Of a stretch of DNA of 50,762 nucleotides, positions 16,906 through 25,030 are shown piece by piece. The notes beneath the pieces are model-generated. The model was not told the origin of the DNA, searched no databases, and saw only the letters and a list, made by a program, of their open reading frames with translations. Source of the DNA: a virus; IMG/VR virus record IMGVR_UViG_3300045988_092582, positions 1 through 50,762 of that record; one strand, written 5' to 3'. Made by a program: the position numbers and the translations under genes. Position 1 is the stretch's first letter. Each line of letters starts with the position of its first letter.

Positions 16906-17073
16906 CAACGGTCCTTCCCCGGCCCCTATCGGTCGGGGGAGCGATATACTGTTTTTTTCTTTTCCTCGATGATGAGAAATCCACTTTCTTTTTTTCGAAT
17001 AATCGCGTCATTCCCGCGGTCAAGAATGGCCCCAATTATGGCCCACGCTTTAATAGTTTCTTTGTTTGTTTTT

Positions 17074-17292
17074 TCATCCAATAATCTCGATGCGCTCAAT
17101 CTCGTCCTCCGTAAATCCAATCAACAAGCCGTGTTCATTCTCCACATCGAACTCCAGAAATTCATTTCCATCATCATCAAAATCGTAGTCATACCCATAG
17201 AGTTCCCCGGTCGTTACACGTCCACTTGTGGAAAAAACTTTAATTTTCTTCCCAAAGTAAATCGTGGGATCGTTAATTATCATTTTTTCCAC
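17074..17292 (-). CDS. small acidic protein, candidate immunity protein for the MuF C-terminal toxin domain
   Basis: 72 aa, D/E-rich (YGYDYDFDDDGNEFLEFDVENEHG). Start overlaps the MuF stop by 13 nt. AT-rich relative to the head genes. Confidence 0.45.
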   Translation of the reverse strand: MEKMIINDPTIYFGKKIKVFSTSGRVTTGELYGYDYDFDDDGNEFLEFDVENEHGLLIGFTEDEIERIEIIG

Positions 17293-18842
17293 CCCCCTGA
17301 AAACGGAACACCATGCGTACCGCTTTTGCTGTAATGGATTTTGATACTTCTTGCAATTATTATATCACCGTTTCTGTTAACTGTATAGCCAATTTCTTTT
17401 CCGGCATCAATAATTTCTGTGTTTTTCCACTTTGTAAAATCATCTGTAAGATTGATTTTTCCGCTACCTGCCTTCGCGTTTATGATCGCTTGCAACTCCT
17501 CCACAGAAACCGTTATCACGCTTCTGCCCGGTGTAGCAGTGCCGGCCATATGCCGCGCCTGTTTCTCCGGATTGATCTCTAATGGATATTCACCGTTGCG
17601 GATCGCCTGCCTGATTGGCGCTTCTGCATCACGCTGCACTTTGAGTGCCGAGGCGGTTTGTTCGGATTCAATATCCGTATAGGTAACCTGCATCCTTTCC
17701 CGCTGCAATGGCAAACCCGCAGCTTCGCTAAAATCTCTGTATTCCTTGTTCAGACGCCGGATGCGGGCTGTCACCGTCTGGGCGTCCTCTTCAAGCCCTG
17801 CCGCCTTATATGCAGTCTGTTCCCGCTTCAGCTTTCGGATGGTCCGCTCGATCTGGCGTTGCTTTTGTGTAGCTTCATAAGCTGTATAACGTTTGCCCTC
17901 AAACTCCACATCATGCCCGTCGTCAATGTGTTCCAGTTCTTTGTCGGTATACGTCCGCTCCATCACGCCGTCTACAAAAGCGGTCCTGATATGACGGCAG
18001 TTGGCTCCCTCTAAACCATCCACATAGCCAAGTCCGCATACTTCATAGATACTTGGGTATTTGTCTCCGGTTCTAACAGAATACACCCGGCCCTGCCACG
18101 CTTTATGGTTCTGCCATCCAGTACCTTGATCTCGTGCCCCGATATGGGCTGATACTTCAAAATATGGCGTTTCTAAATATTCCGCACTCTGCTCCGTGTA
18201 TTTGGCACAGAGCTGGGAGACGCCCGTCATCACTGCTCGGCGGGCTGCTACGTCGATTTGGTCCCGGTGTCCGCTCTCATAAGCCACAATCTTGATGCCG
18301 CTGTCTGCAAGCTGCTTAACAGTATTTCTAATAGCTTGGTTATAGCTGACTGCTCCGCTCATAACCTGCATCTCAGCATTGTCTAGTGCCCACTGATAAG
18401 CCCTAGCCGGAGCCAGCATAGTTCTTCCATTGTCTACCAGAAAGCCCATAGAGCGGGTCAGGTTTCTCATAGTCTGGCGTGTCTGCTCGTAGATGGCCCA
18501 TGTGTCCTCAGTGCTTACCAATGTCTCAGGAGCCGTCATCCCCGCAAGGTCTATGACCTCTTTGTAATACCGCTGGTTACGTTCCACCACGTCCTCCAGC
18601 AGCCTATTGAGCCGTTGCTCGCTGATATTGGCCGTTCGCTGGATGGCCCTCTCTATCTCTTTTAGGCCAATTCCATGTGACCGCAGAGCCCGGATATCCT
18701 GCACCGTGACCTCATTCAGTTCTCCGGCCAGTTTCAGACGAGAGCATATTTCATCAAGGAGCGTCTCTTCCAGGCTTCGGAACAACTCCGCTAATTCTTC
18801 CGGAAGCGCATCCAAAACTTCTGGAGAAAACGGGTATCTCAT
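17280..18842 (-). CDS. MuF / SPP1 gp7-type head morphogenesis protein with C-terminal Ntox50-like polymorphic-toxin domain
   Basis: The central region (AVSYNQAIRNTVKQLADSGIKIVAYESGHRDQIDVAARRAVMTG...) is typical of gp7/MuF. The last ~110 aa (EKQARHMAGTATPGRSVITV...GKEIGYTVNRNGDIIIARSIKIHYSKSGTHGVPFSG) resemble the type-50 toxin domain pattern Q.KH..GT...rS...G...ihYsk.GtH.vP. Confidence 0.65.
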   Translation of the reverse strand: MRYPFSPEVLDALPEELAELFRSLEETLLDEICSRLKLAGELNEVTVQDIRALRSHGIGLKEIERAIQRTANISEQRLNRLLEDVVERNQRYYKEVIDLAGMTAPETLVSTEDTWAIYEQTRQTMRNLTRSMGFLVDNGRTMLAPARAYQWALDNAEMQVMSGAVSYNQAIRNTVKQLADSGIKIVAYESGHRDQIDVAARRAVMTGVSQLCAKYTEQSAEYLETPYFEVSAHIGARDQGTGWQNHKAWQGRVYSVRTGDKYPSIYEVCGLGYVDGLEGANCRHIRTAFVDGVMERTYTDKELEHIDDGHDVEFEGKRYTAYEATQKQRQIERTIRKLKREQTAYKAAGLEEDAQTVTARIRRLNKEYRDFSEAAGLPLQRERMQVTYTDIESEQTASALKVQRDAEAPIRQAIRNGEYPLEINPEKQARHMAGTATPGRSVITVSVEELQAIINAKAGSGKINLTDDFTKWKNTEIIDAGKEIGYTVNRNGDIIIARSIKIHYSKSGTHGVPFSGGWKK

Positions 18843-20221
18843 TCAATCTCATTCTCTCCTTCGTTCGTCATGTCCTCCATTTTCGGCAGCATTTTCTTGG
18901 CTGTGGCCTCGTCCTCTCCATACCATTTTGCCCGGTATTCCCAATCATTCATCACGCCCATGGAAACATCCTGCCGGTCGTTAGCCCGCTCCTTTTCCTT
19001 TGCGTCAGCGTCATCAAGAACGCTGTCTCCCCAAGAATAGGTGACTTCATAGCCTCCAGCAGGCGCCAGATTGTACAGTGTAGCATACACGTCCATGGCA
19101 TAGATCAGGCTGTCAAAGGTATGCTGTAACGCTTTTTGAATGCTATCGATAGTGATAAACATCCGCTGTTTGCTGTTGCGAATCTCTGTCGCCGTCTTTT
19201 CAACACTTTGTGGGTCTGACAGCGTGCCATAAGAGAGGCCAACCTGGAACTCAATTTGTTTCAGAATATTTTGTAGCCCTCGATAAAGCGGTTCGTCCCG
19301 AAAAGAGGGTTCAAACTGTTCAAAAAACTTGCCGTCCCTGGAGAACGGAGCAATCTCAAACAAGCGTTTGTCGAAGTCCCTTGCTACTGTTTCTGTAGCG
19401 TCCATAAATATCTTTCTCTGGCCGCTCTTGTACTCCCACCGGATCAAATCCCACTGCTCGTCCGCTCTTTGGATGAGGTCTACCGCGGACCCTCCATATA
19501 CGGACACACCGGTTTTATCATCGGTGTCCACATTGTTTGACTGCGGGGGCTTAAAATAGGCAAAGAGCGGTCCTTCCAGGTTTTCTATCTTGACTTCTGG
19601 CGGGATATCCGCCCAATCCGGAACCTCATTCAAAGCGGCTGCAGGTCCCACGGAACCGCCGCTGTCGCTGCGGTATGCTTTGTTCTGGATGGTATATGTA
19701 GTACCCTCTAAGTTGTGGTATTCCAGCCGGACATAGTATTTATCATTGGCTTGTGCTTTTTCACGGAACACGCCTCCAACACAGGTACCAGAAGCATCAA
19801 ATTTTGTAGGCTGAAACGCTGCCGCGCTAGTTCCGTCCACCAAAATACGGTTCCCGTAAACATACGGTTTCAGCGCAATACCACCTGTTGCAAGCCCAAG
19901 CTCAAGCTGCTGTAGGAACCTTTCTTGCGCTGCTTGAAACTGCTCGTTGTGATAGTCCGCCCTGGCACTGCCCGCAATGCTTACTGTGAGTTCCGCCAGC
20001 GTCGGGCGGGCAATCTCTCTACAGATCGCTGCTGGCAGGCCCATCGGAACCACAGGAGGAACCGCCCAGGGCGGTCGGTTGACATACATAGCAAACCACA
20101 GGTTGATGTTCCGCTCCATTGTCTGTCCCGTGGCAGGCTTAACGCCAAACTCCCGCTGAGTCACCGCCTGCGGAAATATGAAGTTTTTCAAGCGGCCCAA
20201 CCAGCCGACAAAAACACTCAT
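18839..20221 (-). CDS. portal protein (SPP1 gp6-like)
   Basis: ~460 aa directly after terL. ATG 20221 (SD GGAGAG) overlaps the terL stop as ATGA. Confidence 0.85.
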   Translation of the reverse strand: MSVFVGWLGRLKNFIFPQAVTQREFGVKPATGQTMERNINLWFAMYVNRPPWAVPPVVPMGLPAAICREIARPTLAELTVSIAGSARADYHNEQFQAAQERFLQQLELGLATGGIALKPYVYGNRILVDGTSAAAFQPTKFDASGTCVGGVFREKAQANDKYYVRLEYHNLEGTTYTIQNKAYRSDSGGSVGPAAALNEVPDWADIPPEVKIENLEGPLFAYFKPPQSNNVDTDDKTGVSVYGGSAVDLIQRADEQWDLIRWEYKSGQRKIFMDATETVARDFDKRLFEIAPFSRDGKFFEQFEPSFRDEPLYRGLQNILKQIEFQVGLSYGTLSDPQSVEKTATEIRNSKQRMFITIDSIQKALQHTFDSLIYAMDVYATLYNLAPAGGYEVTYSWGDSVLDDADAKEKERANDRQDVSMGVMNDWEYRAKWYGEDEATAKKMLPKMEDMTNEGENEIE

Positions 20222-21393
20222 GCGATCTCTCTCCACATAATGGTGTTACAAAAATAGCGCATCTGGTCCATTGAGTGATCTGACTCTTTAATGACTTTGT
20301 CTTCCCCGGCATCTCCATCCCACATGTAGGATTGAAATTCCTGGAACGTATTCTCGCAGCTCTCGTGAAACTTGATCCGTCCGGTTTGCAGCAAAGTTGC
20401 CGTCAGCCGGATTCCATCCAAAACAGAGTTATCCGCATCCCACACGGCAAATTTCCCATGCCGATGTATGCACTCCTTGAAACTTGCCGCAGAAGGGTCA
20501 ACGATCACACGTTCGATCTTCTTTCCATCCGCAAAATTCTCCAGGTCCTGATAATATTCTTCATCGGTCTTTTGTTTTTTCTTCGCCCGACCATCGTAAT
20601 AATACTCCTTCAGCATGACAGCCTCCCCGCGATAAACGCGCCAGAGCCCCATCGCCGTTGGATTCATTGTGCCGTAGTCGATAGCGATATAATATAATCC
20701 AGGTCCATCAGGGTTTCCGCGAATAACATGCTTGTCCATGCTGAACATAGGGTAGACAAGTCCCTCTGCCAGCGCCCATTCTCCTAATATGTACCGATCA
20801 TAAAATACCGTTCCGGTGTACTCTCTTTTTAAATCGTCAACAAATTTTTTTGGCAAAAACGGGTTATCATCAATGGTATATGTCTGGCTGTATATATCCG
20901 CATCACTATCAAGAAACTGTTTTAGCCAGTGTCCGGGATATTGCGGATTGAAGGTACCATCAAAGCAAGAATACTCTTTATCTAGGCGGCTTTTCAGAAG
21001 TTCAAATACCTCTTCGCTCCAGTCGGCCACCTCATCCCCATAGCAGTATTTGATGGATGCGCCACGAATTTTTGATACTTGGGAAACCTTCTCAGCTCCC
21101 AGGCAATAGCATTTCTCTCCAAACAACCATGCTGTGTTATCACTGGAAATTGAGCCAACCAGCGTGTCTCCATATAGGTTCCGCATCGGCTCCAACACAT
21201 TTCGTTCAATCGTTGATTTTGTAACCCCAAGAATAACTGTCAGCCCATCTTTCCCGACGCGATCTCGGATGCGAATTGGAATCATCCACCGAAAATCAAG
21301 ATAAGTCTTTCCGCTTCTGGTTGCGCCACCTTTGAAATTCCACCGCCTATTGGCGTTCAGAACAAATTCATGTTGTTTCGGACTTAACAGCAT
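20218..21393 (-). CDS. terL: terminase large subunit (PBSX-like)
   Basis: Walker A-like GGATRSGKT near the N-terminus. Nuclease half has an acidic signature (VIVDPSAASF...). SD AAAGGAG present. Confidence 0.85.
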   Translation of the reverse strand: MLLSPKQHEFVLNANRRWNFKGGATRSGKTYLDFRWMIPIRIRDRVGKDGLTVILGVTKSTIERNVLEPMRNLYGDTLVGSISSDNTAWLFGEKCYCLGAEKVSQVSKIRGASIKYCYGDEVADWSEEVFELLKSRLDKEYSCFDGTFNPQYPGHWLKQFLDSDADIYSQTYTIDDNPFLPKKFVDDLKREYTGTVFYDRYILGEWALAEGLVYPMFSMDKHVIRGNPDGPGLYYIAIDYGTMNPTAMGLWRVYRGEAVMLKEYYYDGRAKKKQKTDEEYYQDLENFADGKKIERVIVDPSAASFKECIHRHGKFAVWDADNSVLDGIRLTATLLQTGRIKFHESCENTFQEFQSYMWDGDAGEDKVIKESDHSMDQMRYFCNTIMWREIA

Positions 21394-21787
21394 CTTTGAA
21401 CTCCTTTAACAGCCCATCCAATTTGTTTAAGCTGTCGTTTCCGCTTGCCGTGTTCTTTGTGGCTTTATCAACGATGATCCCGAAGGAAGTCGCAATTTGA
21501 GACAAACCAGCATCGTCTATCTTTTCAGGGTCCGTCAGTGCATTAAGATGAAGGTCTATTGCCTCTTGCATCTTCTCTTTACGGGAATCCATAAAGGCAA
21601 GCATATCCAATGTATTCTGTTTCTTTTTTTGTTGCGCTTTTTGGAAGAATCCTTCGCAATTCAGCACAATGCGTTTTACCGTGTCCTTTGATACACCATT
21701 CATCTTTGCCGTGGCGTTATAACTCTCGGTTTCCAGATAATCAGCCACTATTTTCTTTTTCTGGCGATCTGTCAGCCGTGCAGCCAT
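21368..21787 (-). CDS. terS: terminase small subunit
   Basis: N-terminal HTH-like segment (LTDRQKKKIVADYLETESYNATAKMNGVSKDTVKRIV), 139 aa, overlaps terL. Confidence 0.7.
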   Translation of the reverse strand: MAARLTDRQKKKIVADYLETESYNATAKMNGVSKDTVKRIVLNCEGFFQKAQQKKKQNTLDMLAFMDSRKEKMQEAIDLHLNALTDPEKIDDAGLSQIATSFGIIVDKATKNTASGNDSLNKLDGLLKEFKDAVKSETT

Positions 21788-21812
21788 AACACCACCTTCC
21801 TGTCAACTATTC

Positions 21813-22448
21813 TTATAGTTCCATATTGGGGTAAACTTTTTCCCACACGTTCACGTGGTAAGTATTGACTTCGCCATAATTGGCATCGAAAATCTTTTTA
21901 ACTCCATATCCCTGTCGTTGGCTTTCGAGTTTGAGCTTCCGCCAGTCAAAAACCTTATATGATACTCCATTCAGATGTGCTACTCGTTTGATGGAATACC
22001 ATTCCTTGCTCCTATCCAGCTCTGTCTCCAGCGCCTTTCTCTTATCCTGTTCGTCTCTCAGCGCAGTAAGCAGTTTGATGCCAAACTCCGGAGAGTTTAT
22101 CATCTTATCGATCGTGTCCGAGGTCATGTAAGCCCCGTGCTTGCGAATGCTGGGTAATACCTCACTCGTCACCCAGCGCTTGAACTTCTTGGCCCCGGGA
22201 AGCTTGCTGGAAAGGACGAGGGAATACAGGCCGCTCTCGTTGATAAGTACAATCGGTGTCCCGTTGACGCTGAACGTTTCGTTCACCGTCTTATCCTCAT
22301 CATCAACGTGGTCACGGATTGCCTTTTGTGGGTTCGTGTAACCCAGTGCTAATGCCACATCCTTACCAACCAGCAATGGCTCCCCGTCCAATCCCACAGT
22401 ACGAATCTCCCCAAACTCAGGGTTGTTAAAAATCATCAAGTCGTTCAT
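21813..22448 (-). CDS. phage antirepressor (BRO-N domain plus KilAC-like C-terminus)
   Basis: ATG 22448. FNNPEFGEIRTVGLDGEPLLVGKDVALALGYTNPQKAIRDHVDDEDK...NESGLYSLVLSSKLPGAKKFKRWVTSEVLPSIRKHGAY is a classic BRO-N pattern. Confidence 0.8.
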   Translation of the reverse strand: MNDLMIFNNPEFGEIRTVGLDGEPLLVGKDVALALGYTNPQKAIRDHVDDEDKTVNETFSVNGTPIVLINESGLYSLVLSSKLPGAKKFKRWVTSEVLPSIRKHGAYMTSDTIDKMINSPEFGIKLLTALRDEQDKRKALETELDRSKEWYSIKRVAHLNGVSYKVFDWRKLKLESQRQGYGVKKIFDANYGEVNTYHVNVWEKVYPNMEL

Positions 22449-22688
22449 GATATACCACCCTTTCTTAAATTTCGTTTCCACCATTTATGTTGACCCGGGG
22501 AAGAGGAGTAAGGTGGCACCTCCCTTTTCGGCCCGTCGGCCTATCCCCGGTATTCAACCATTTTTCGAGAGACGGCGGGAGATTACCCCGCCATGCGTTT
22601 CCTCCCATTATCCCCACCCCCGTCTCGCGCAACTGCGGGGCAACATATAGCCGGTTTGGACGCATCCGCCCCGGCAAGCGTACTCCGG

Positions 22689-22699
22689 AGAGATACGCC
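22689..22699. repeat. 11-bp direct repeat AGAGATACGCC, copy 1 (flanks the tRNA)
   Basis: The same 11-mer recurs at 22933-22943. This copy lies 7 nt beyond the tRNA 3' end. Confidence 0.8.
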
Positions 22700-22706
22700 G
22701 CAATTC

Positions 22707-22780
22707 TGGTAGCCAGCTGTGGAGTCGAACCACTATCCTGCGGCTCAAAGCCGCCCGCTCTGCCATTGAGCTATCTGGCC
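22707..22780 (-). tRNA. tRNA-Gln (anticodon UUG), CCA encoded
   Basis: Hand-folded cloverleaf: acceptor GGCCAGA/GCTGGCT (6 of 7 pairs, G1-U72), D arm GCTC-AATGGCA-GAGC, anticodon loop CTTTGAG, T arm with TTCGACT loop, then ACCA. Mismatches close the anticodon stem (G27-A43) and T stem (A49-A65). Confidence 0.75.
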
Positions 22781-22932
22781 GTTTATGTGCGCTTCCCGCT
22801 TAGATTGTCACACCCTGACTGCTACCTTTTCAGGACATCATAGTGCGGGTAGTTTTCAGCGGGGTAGCGCTTGTTGGAAGGCCCGGAGGCGGAGGTGAAC
22901 CTCCGGGCAGAGGGGAAAAGGAGTGGGAGTGC

Positions 22933-22943
22933 AGAGATACGCC
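22933..22943. repeat. 11-bp direct repeat AGAGATACGCC, copy 2
   Basis: Identical to 22689-22699. Sits in the loop of hairpin 22925-22954. Confidence 0.8.
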
Positions 22944-23029
22944 CCCACACTCCCATTTTCCCATACATTGACTTTTCTGCTCCCACTTTTGTGGGAATTA
23001 CCGCCTTATATTTTTGAGATGATGAAAAG

Positions 23030-23260
23030 TTATAGCCTGTGTACAAACGGGAAAGTTGTCCGCCCCAGCAGATAGTCAGTGCTGACTCCATAGTAATCCG
23101 CGATCTTGTAAAGCGCATCCATTGAGGGCTCTACTTCTCCCCGCTCATATCGTCTTAACATATCAGGGTGCAGCCCCATCAGCTGTGATGTAACTGTCAT
23201 ACTCCGAACTGGCCGCATACTCTCCCTCAGCCTCCTCAGCCTATCCGGGAACTCATTCAA
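23030..23260 (-). CDS. XRE-family HTH protein (76 aa)
   Basis: FPDRLRRLRESMRPVRSMTVTSQLMGLHPDMLRRYERGEVEPSMDALYKIADYYGVSTDYLLG is a typical Cro/CI-type HTH. Last gene before the non-coding region. Confidence 0.8.
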   Translation of the reverse strand: MNEFPDRLRRLRESMRPVRSMTVTSQLMGLHPDMLRRYERGEVEPSMDALYKIADYYGVSTDYLLGRTTFPFVHRL

Positions 23261-23619
23261 GGGCTATCCCTCCTCACCTTTGGCGTATAAATTCGATTCT
23301 CGGTGTTCTTCTCAGCTTTCCGCACATCTCCTAGCAACCGCTCAAGGCTTTTGATCGTTGAACGATTTGCGTCTATCCAGTCAAGAACCGGGGCCGTCTC
23401 ACTCATAGTGTCCTTGGCAGCCCGTCTTTTCTGGCGGACTCCTCTCAGCTCCTTTGATAGACGAGCAAAGTCGTGATAGTCATGATCTTGAAGCTCCAAG
23501 CTATGTAGAATGTCCTGTGTCTCGTCATTTGCTTCCTGCTCGTCCAATTCTGCCATGTGGTAACGTTTCTCGGTTTCTCGTAGATAGGAGAGGAAGGCTT
23601 CTATTCCTTGACTGGTCAA
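23257..23619 (-). CDS. hypothetical early protein (120 aa)
   Basis: TTG start with SD GAGGAGGG plus 7 nt. Overlaps the downstream HTH gene by 4 nt. Confidence 0.6.
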   Translation of the reverse strand: MTSQGIEAFLSYLRETEKRYHMAELDEQEANDETQDILHSLELQDHDYHDFARLSKELRGVRQKRRAAKDTMSETAPVLDWIDANRSTIKSLERLLGDVRKAEKNTENRIYTPKVRRDSP

Positions 23620-23622
23620 TCG

Positions 23623-23760
23623 CTATCCCTCCTCATGCTTGTCTCTGTTCTTGCTTGCAAGGGCATTCGCAATCGCGCATACTATTTCGTCGATGACGAG
23701 CAGAGCAAAAGTCAGCAAGAAAAAGGTCATCCACGGATGGGCAAGACACCATTCGGTCAT
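23623..23760 (-). CDS. small membrane protein (45 aa)
   Basis: Hand translated: MTEWCLAHPWMTFFLLTFALLVIDEIVCAIANALASKNRDKHEEG. ATGA overlap with the upstream gene. Confidence 0.5.
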   Translation of the reverse strand: MTEWCLAHPWMTFFLLTFALLVIDEIVCAIANALASKNRDKHEEG

Positions 23761-24038
23761 GTGGCTATCCCTCCCACAATTCTAGCGCCCGCTTCAGACT
23801 CTAAAACGGTATGTAAATCCTCAATGCTGCAGTAGCCTTCCGCGATGCTGTCCGCCAAGTCTCCAACCTCTTTCCAGACCTTTTGCAGAGCTTCCAGATC
23901 AAAGCCCTCCTTATCGCGCAGGGCCATCAAGAATAGAGCGCTTGCGAATTTGATGCCATCATCCCGCCCACGAAGCTCAGCCCGTTTTACATCTGCCTTT
24001 GACGCCGGTTGTCTGCGGGGGTTGACTTTTTTACTCAT
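23757..24038 (-). CDS. hypothetical early protein
   Basis: ATG 24038 immediately after the upstream stop. MSKKVNPRRQPASKADVKRAELRGRDDGIKF... Confidence 0.6.
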   Translation of the reverse strand: MSKKVNPRRQPASKADVKRAELRGRDDGIKFASALFLMALRDKEGFDLEALQKVWKEVGDLADSIAEGYCSIEDLHTVLESEAGARIVGGIAT

Positions 24039-24039
24039 G

Positions 24040-24249
24040 CTACTGATTCTCCTTTGGTGGTTCGGGGAGGGGCATCCATGCAACAACCTCAATCCAAGGT
24101 CGGCCTGTATTGTCAAGTAAATACCAATGGTCCCCTGTGTAATGTGTCAATTCAAAATGTTCCGCTTTTTGAGATGTATTCCGCCAGTATACCAACACTT
24201 CTTGCCTCACTTCCGGCAACCGCTCCCTGACGCTAATCCAATCGCTCAT
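24040..24249 (-). CDS. DUF551-like protein
   Basis: WISVRERLPE...VLVYW...VVAWMPLPEPP fits the DUF551 pattern. ATG 24249 with SD GAGGTGG. Confidence 0.65.
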   Translation of the reverse strand: MSDWISVRERLPEVRQEVLVYWRNTSQKAEHFELTHYTGDHWYLLDNTGRPWIEVVAWMPLPEPPKENQ

Positions 24250-24653
24250 GCTGTCCGCCACCTCTCTAACACATTGATTATCTCAACTGCCGTGTCATAG
24301 TCGATACGGAATCTATTATAATATAGTTCGGAAATCAGGTTCCGCGCCTTGTAGATGGTGTCTCGCCGCTTCTTCTCAGCAGCATCTTCCGCTTCTTGAA
24401 GCTCTGCCTCGATAAGCAATTCTGCCGTTGGCGGGCTAATCTCTCCAGGTGTTTTCCCATAGCCGCCTACTCTTCCAGACCAGCTCCATGGAGATTCTTT
24501 AAAACTGCCCCGATTGGTCCTGACAATACCAGATGGAGTGACTTTTTCTACTTTGGCAGTTTGAATCCTTCCCGCAACCCCAAACCCGCTGTATATCACG
24601 ATATCTCCCGGCTTTAACGATTTCACCCATGCCAGTGATTCTTCTTTTGTCAT
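24246..24653 (-). CDS. hypothetical early protein
   Basis: 135-aa ORF, SD GGGGAGGG, coupled to neighbours. Confidence 0.6.
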   Translation of the reverse strand: MTKEESLAWVKSLKPGDIVIYSGFGVAGRIQTAKVEKVTPSGIVRTNRGSFKESPWSWSGRVGGYGKTPGEISPPTAELLIEAELQEAEDAAEKKRRDTIYKARNLISELYYNRFRIDYDTAVEIINVLERWRTA

Positions 24654-25030
24654 TGCCCGCCCTCCCCGTCGTGGATGTTGCTGATGATCTCAATTCCGCT
24701 CGTTGAAAGGTGCTTGTTTGCGCCCATACTTTCAGCGCCATTCAGCCAAACGCAAAATCTATTCCATTCTGGGTCATAGCATACAGGAGCTTCTTTTTGT
24801 TCACCTTTCCAGTTCGTCCAGCGGATAATATCCCCCTCAAAAATCTTCTTCCTGTTCCTGTTGGTCAGGCCGGTGTACTCGCAGACCGTTGAGGGGTCAA
24901 CCTCGTAAGCTTCACCATGTCGATTTCTGAGCATAATAAAGGGATTTAAGCTATCATGGAGTCGGTATAGATAACCTTCCACCCATGCACCATCACTCAG
25001 CCGTTTGGCTTTGAAAAGGATATCTCTCAT
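24650..25030 (-). CDS. YopX-family protein
   Basis: MRDILFKAKRLSDGAWVEGYL...YTGLTNRNRKKIFEGDIIRW matches the YopX signature. Confidence 0.75.
   Translation of the reverse strand: MRDILFKAKRLSDGAWVEGYLYRLHDSLNPFIMLRNRHGEAYEVDPSTVCEYTGLTNRNRKKIFEGDIIRWTNWKGEQKEAPVCYDPEWNRFCVWLNGAESMGANKHLSTSGIEIISNIHDGEGGQ

Noticed and set aside
16926-17081. Possible ~50-aa ORF (TTG start) after the candidate immunity gene
   Set aside because: The start codon and SD are ambiguous and a competing 13-codon ATG frame exists, so support is too weak for a feature call.
22707-22780. Suppressor tRNA / stop-codon recoding
   Set aside because: The anticodon reads UUG (a standard Gln codon). All long genes are open in the standard code with normal TAA/TAG/TGA stops.
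22465-23118. Track ORFs 22423..22650(+), 22465..22677(-), 22487..22843(+), 22822..23118(-)
   Set aside because: They have R/G/P-rich composition, no SD, overlap the tRNA and each other, and lie in a hairpin-dense region. I treat them as non-coding shadows.
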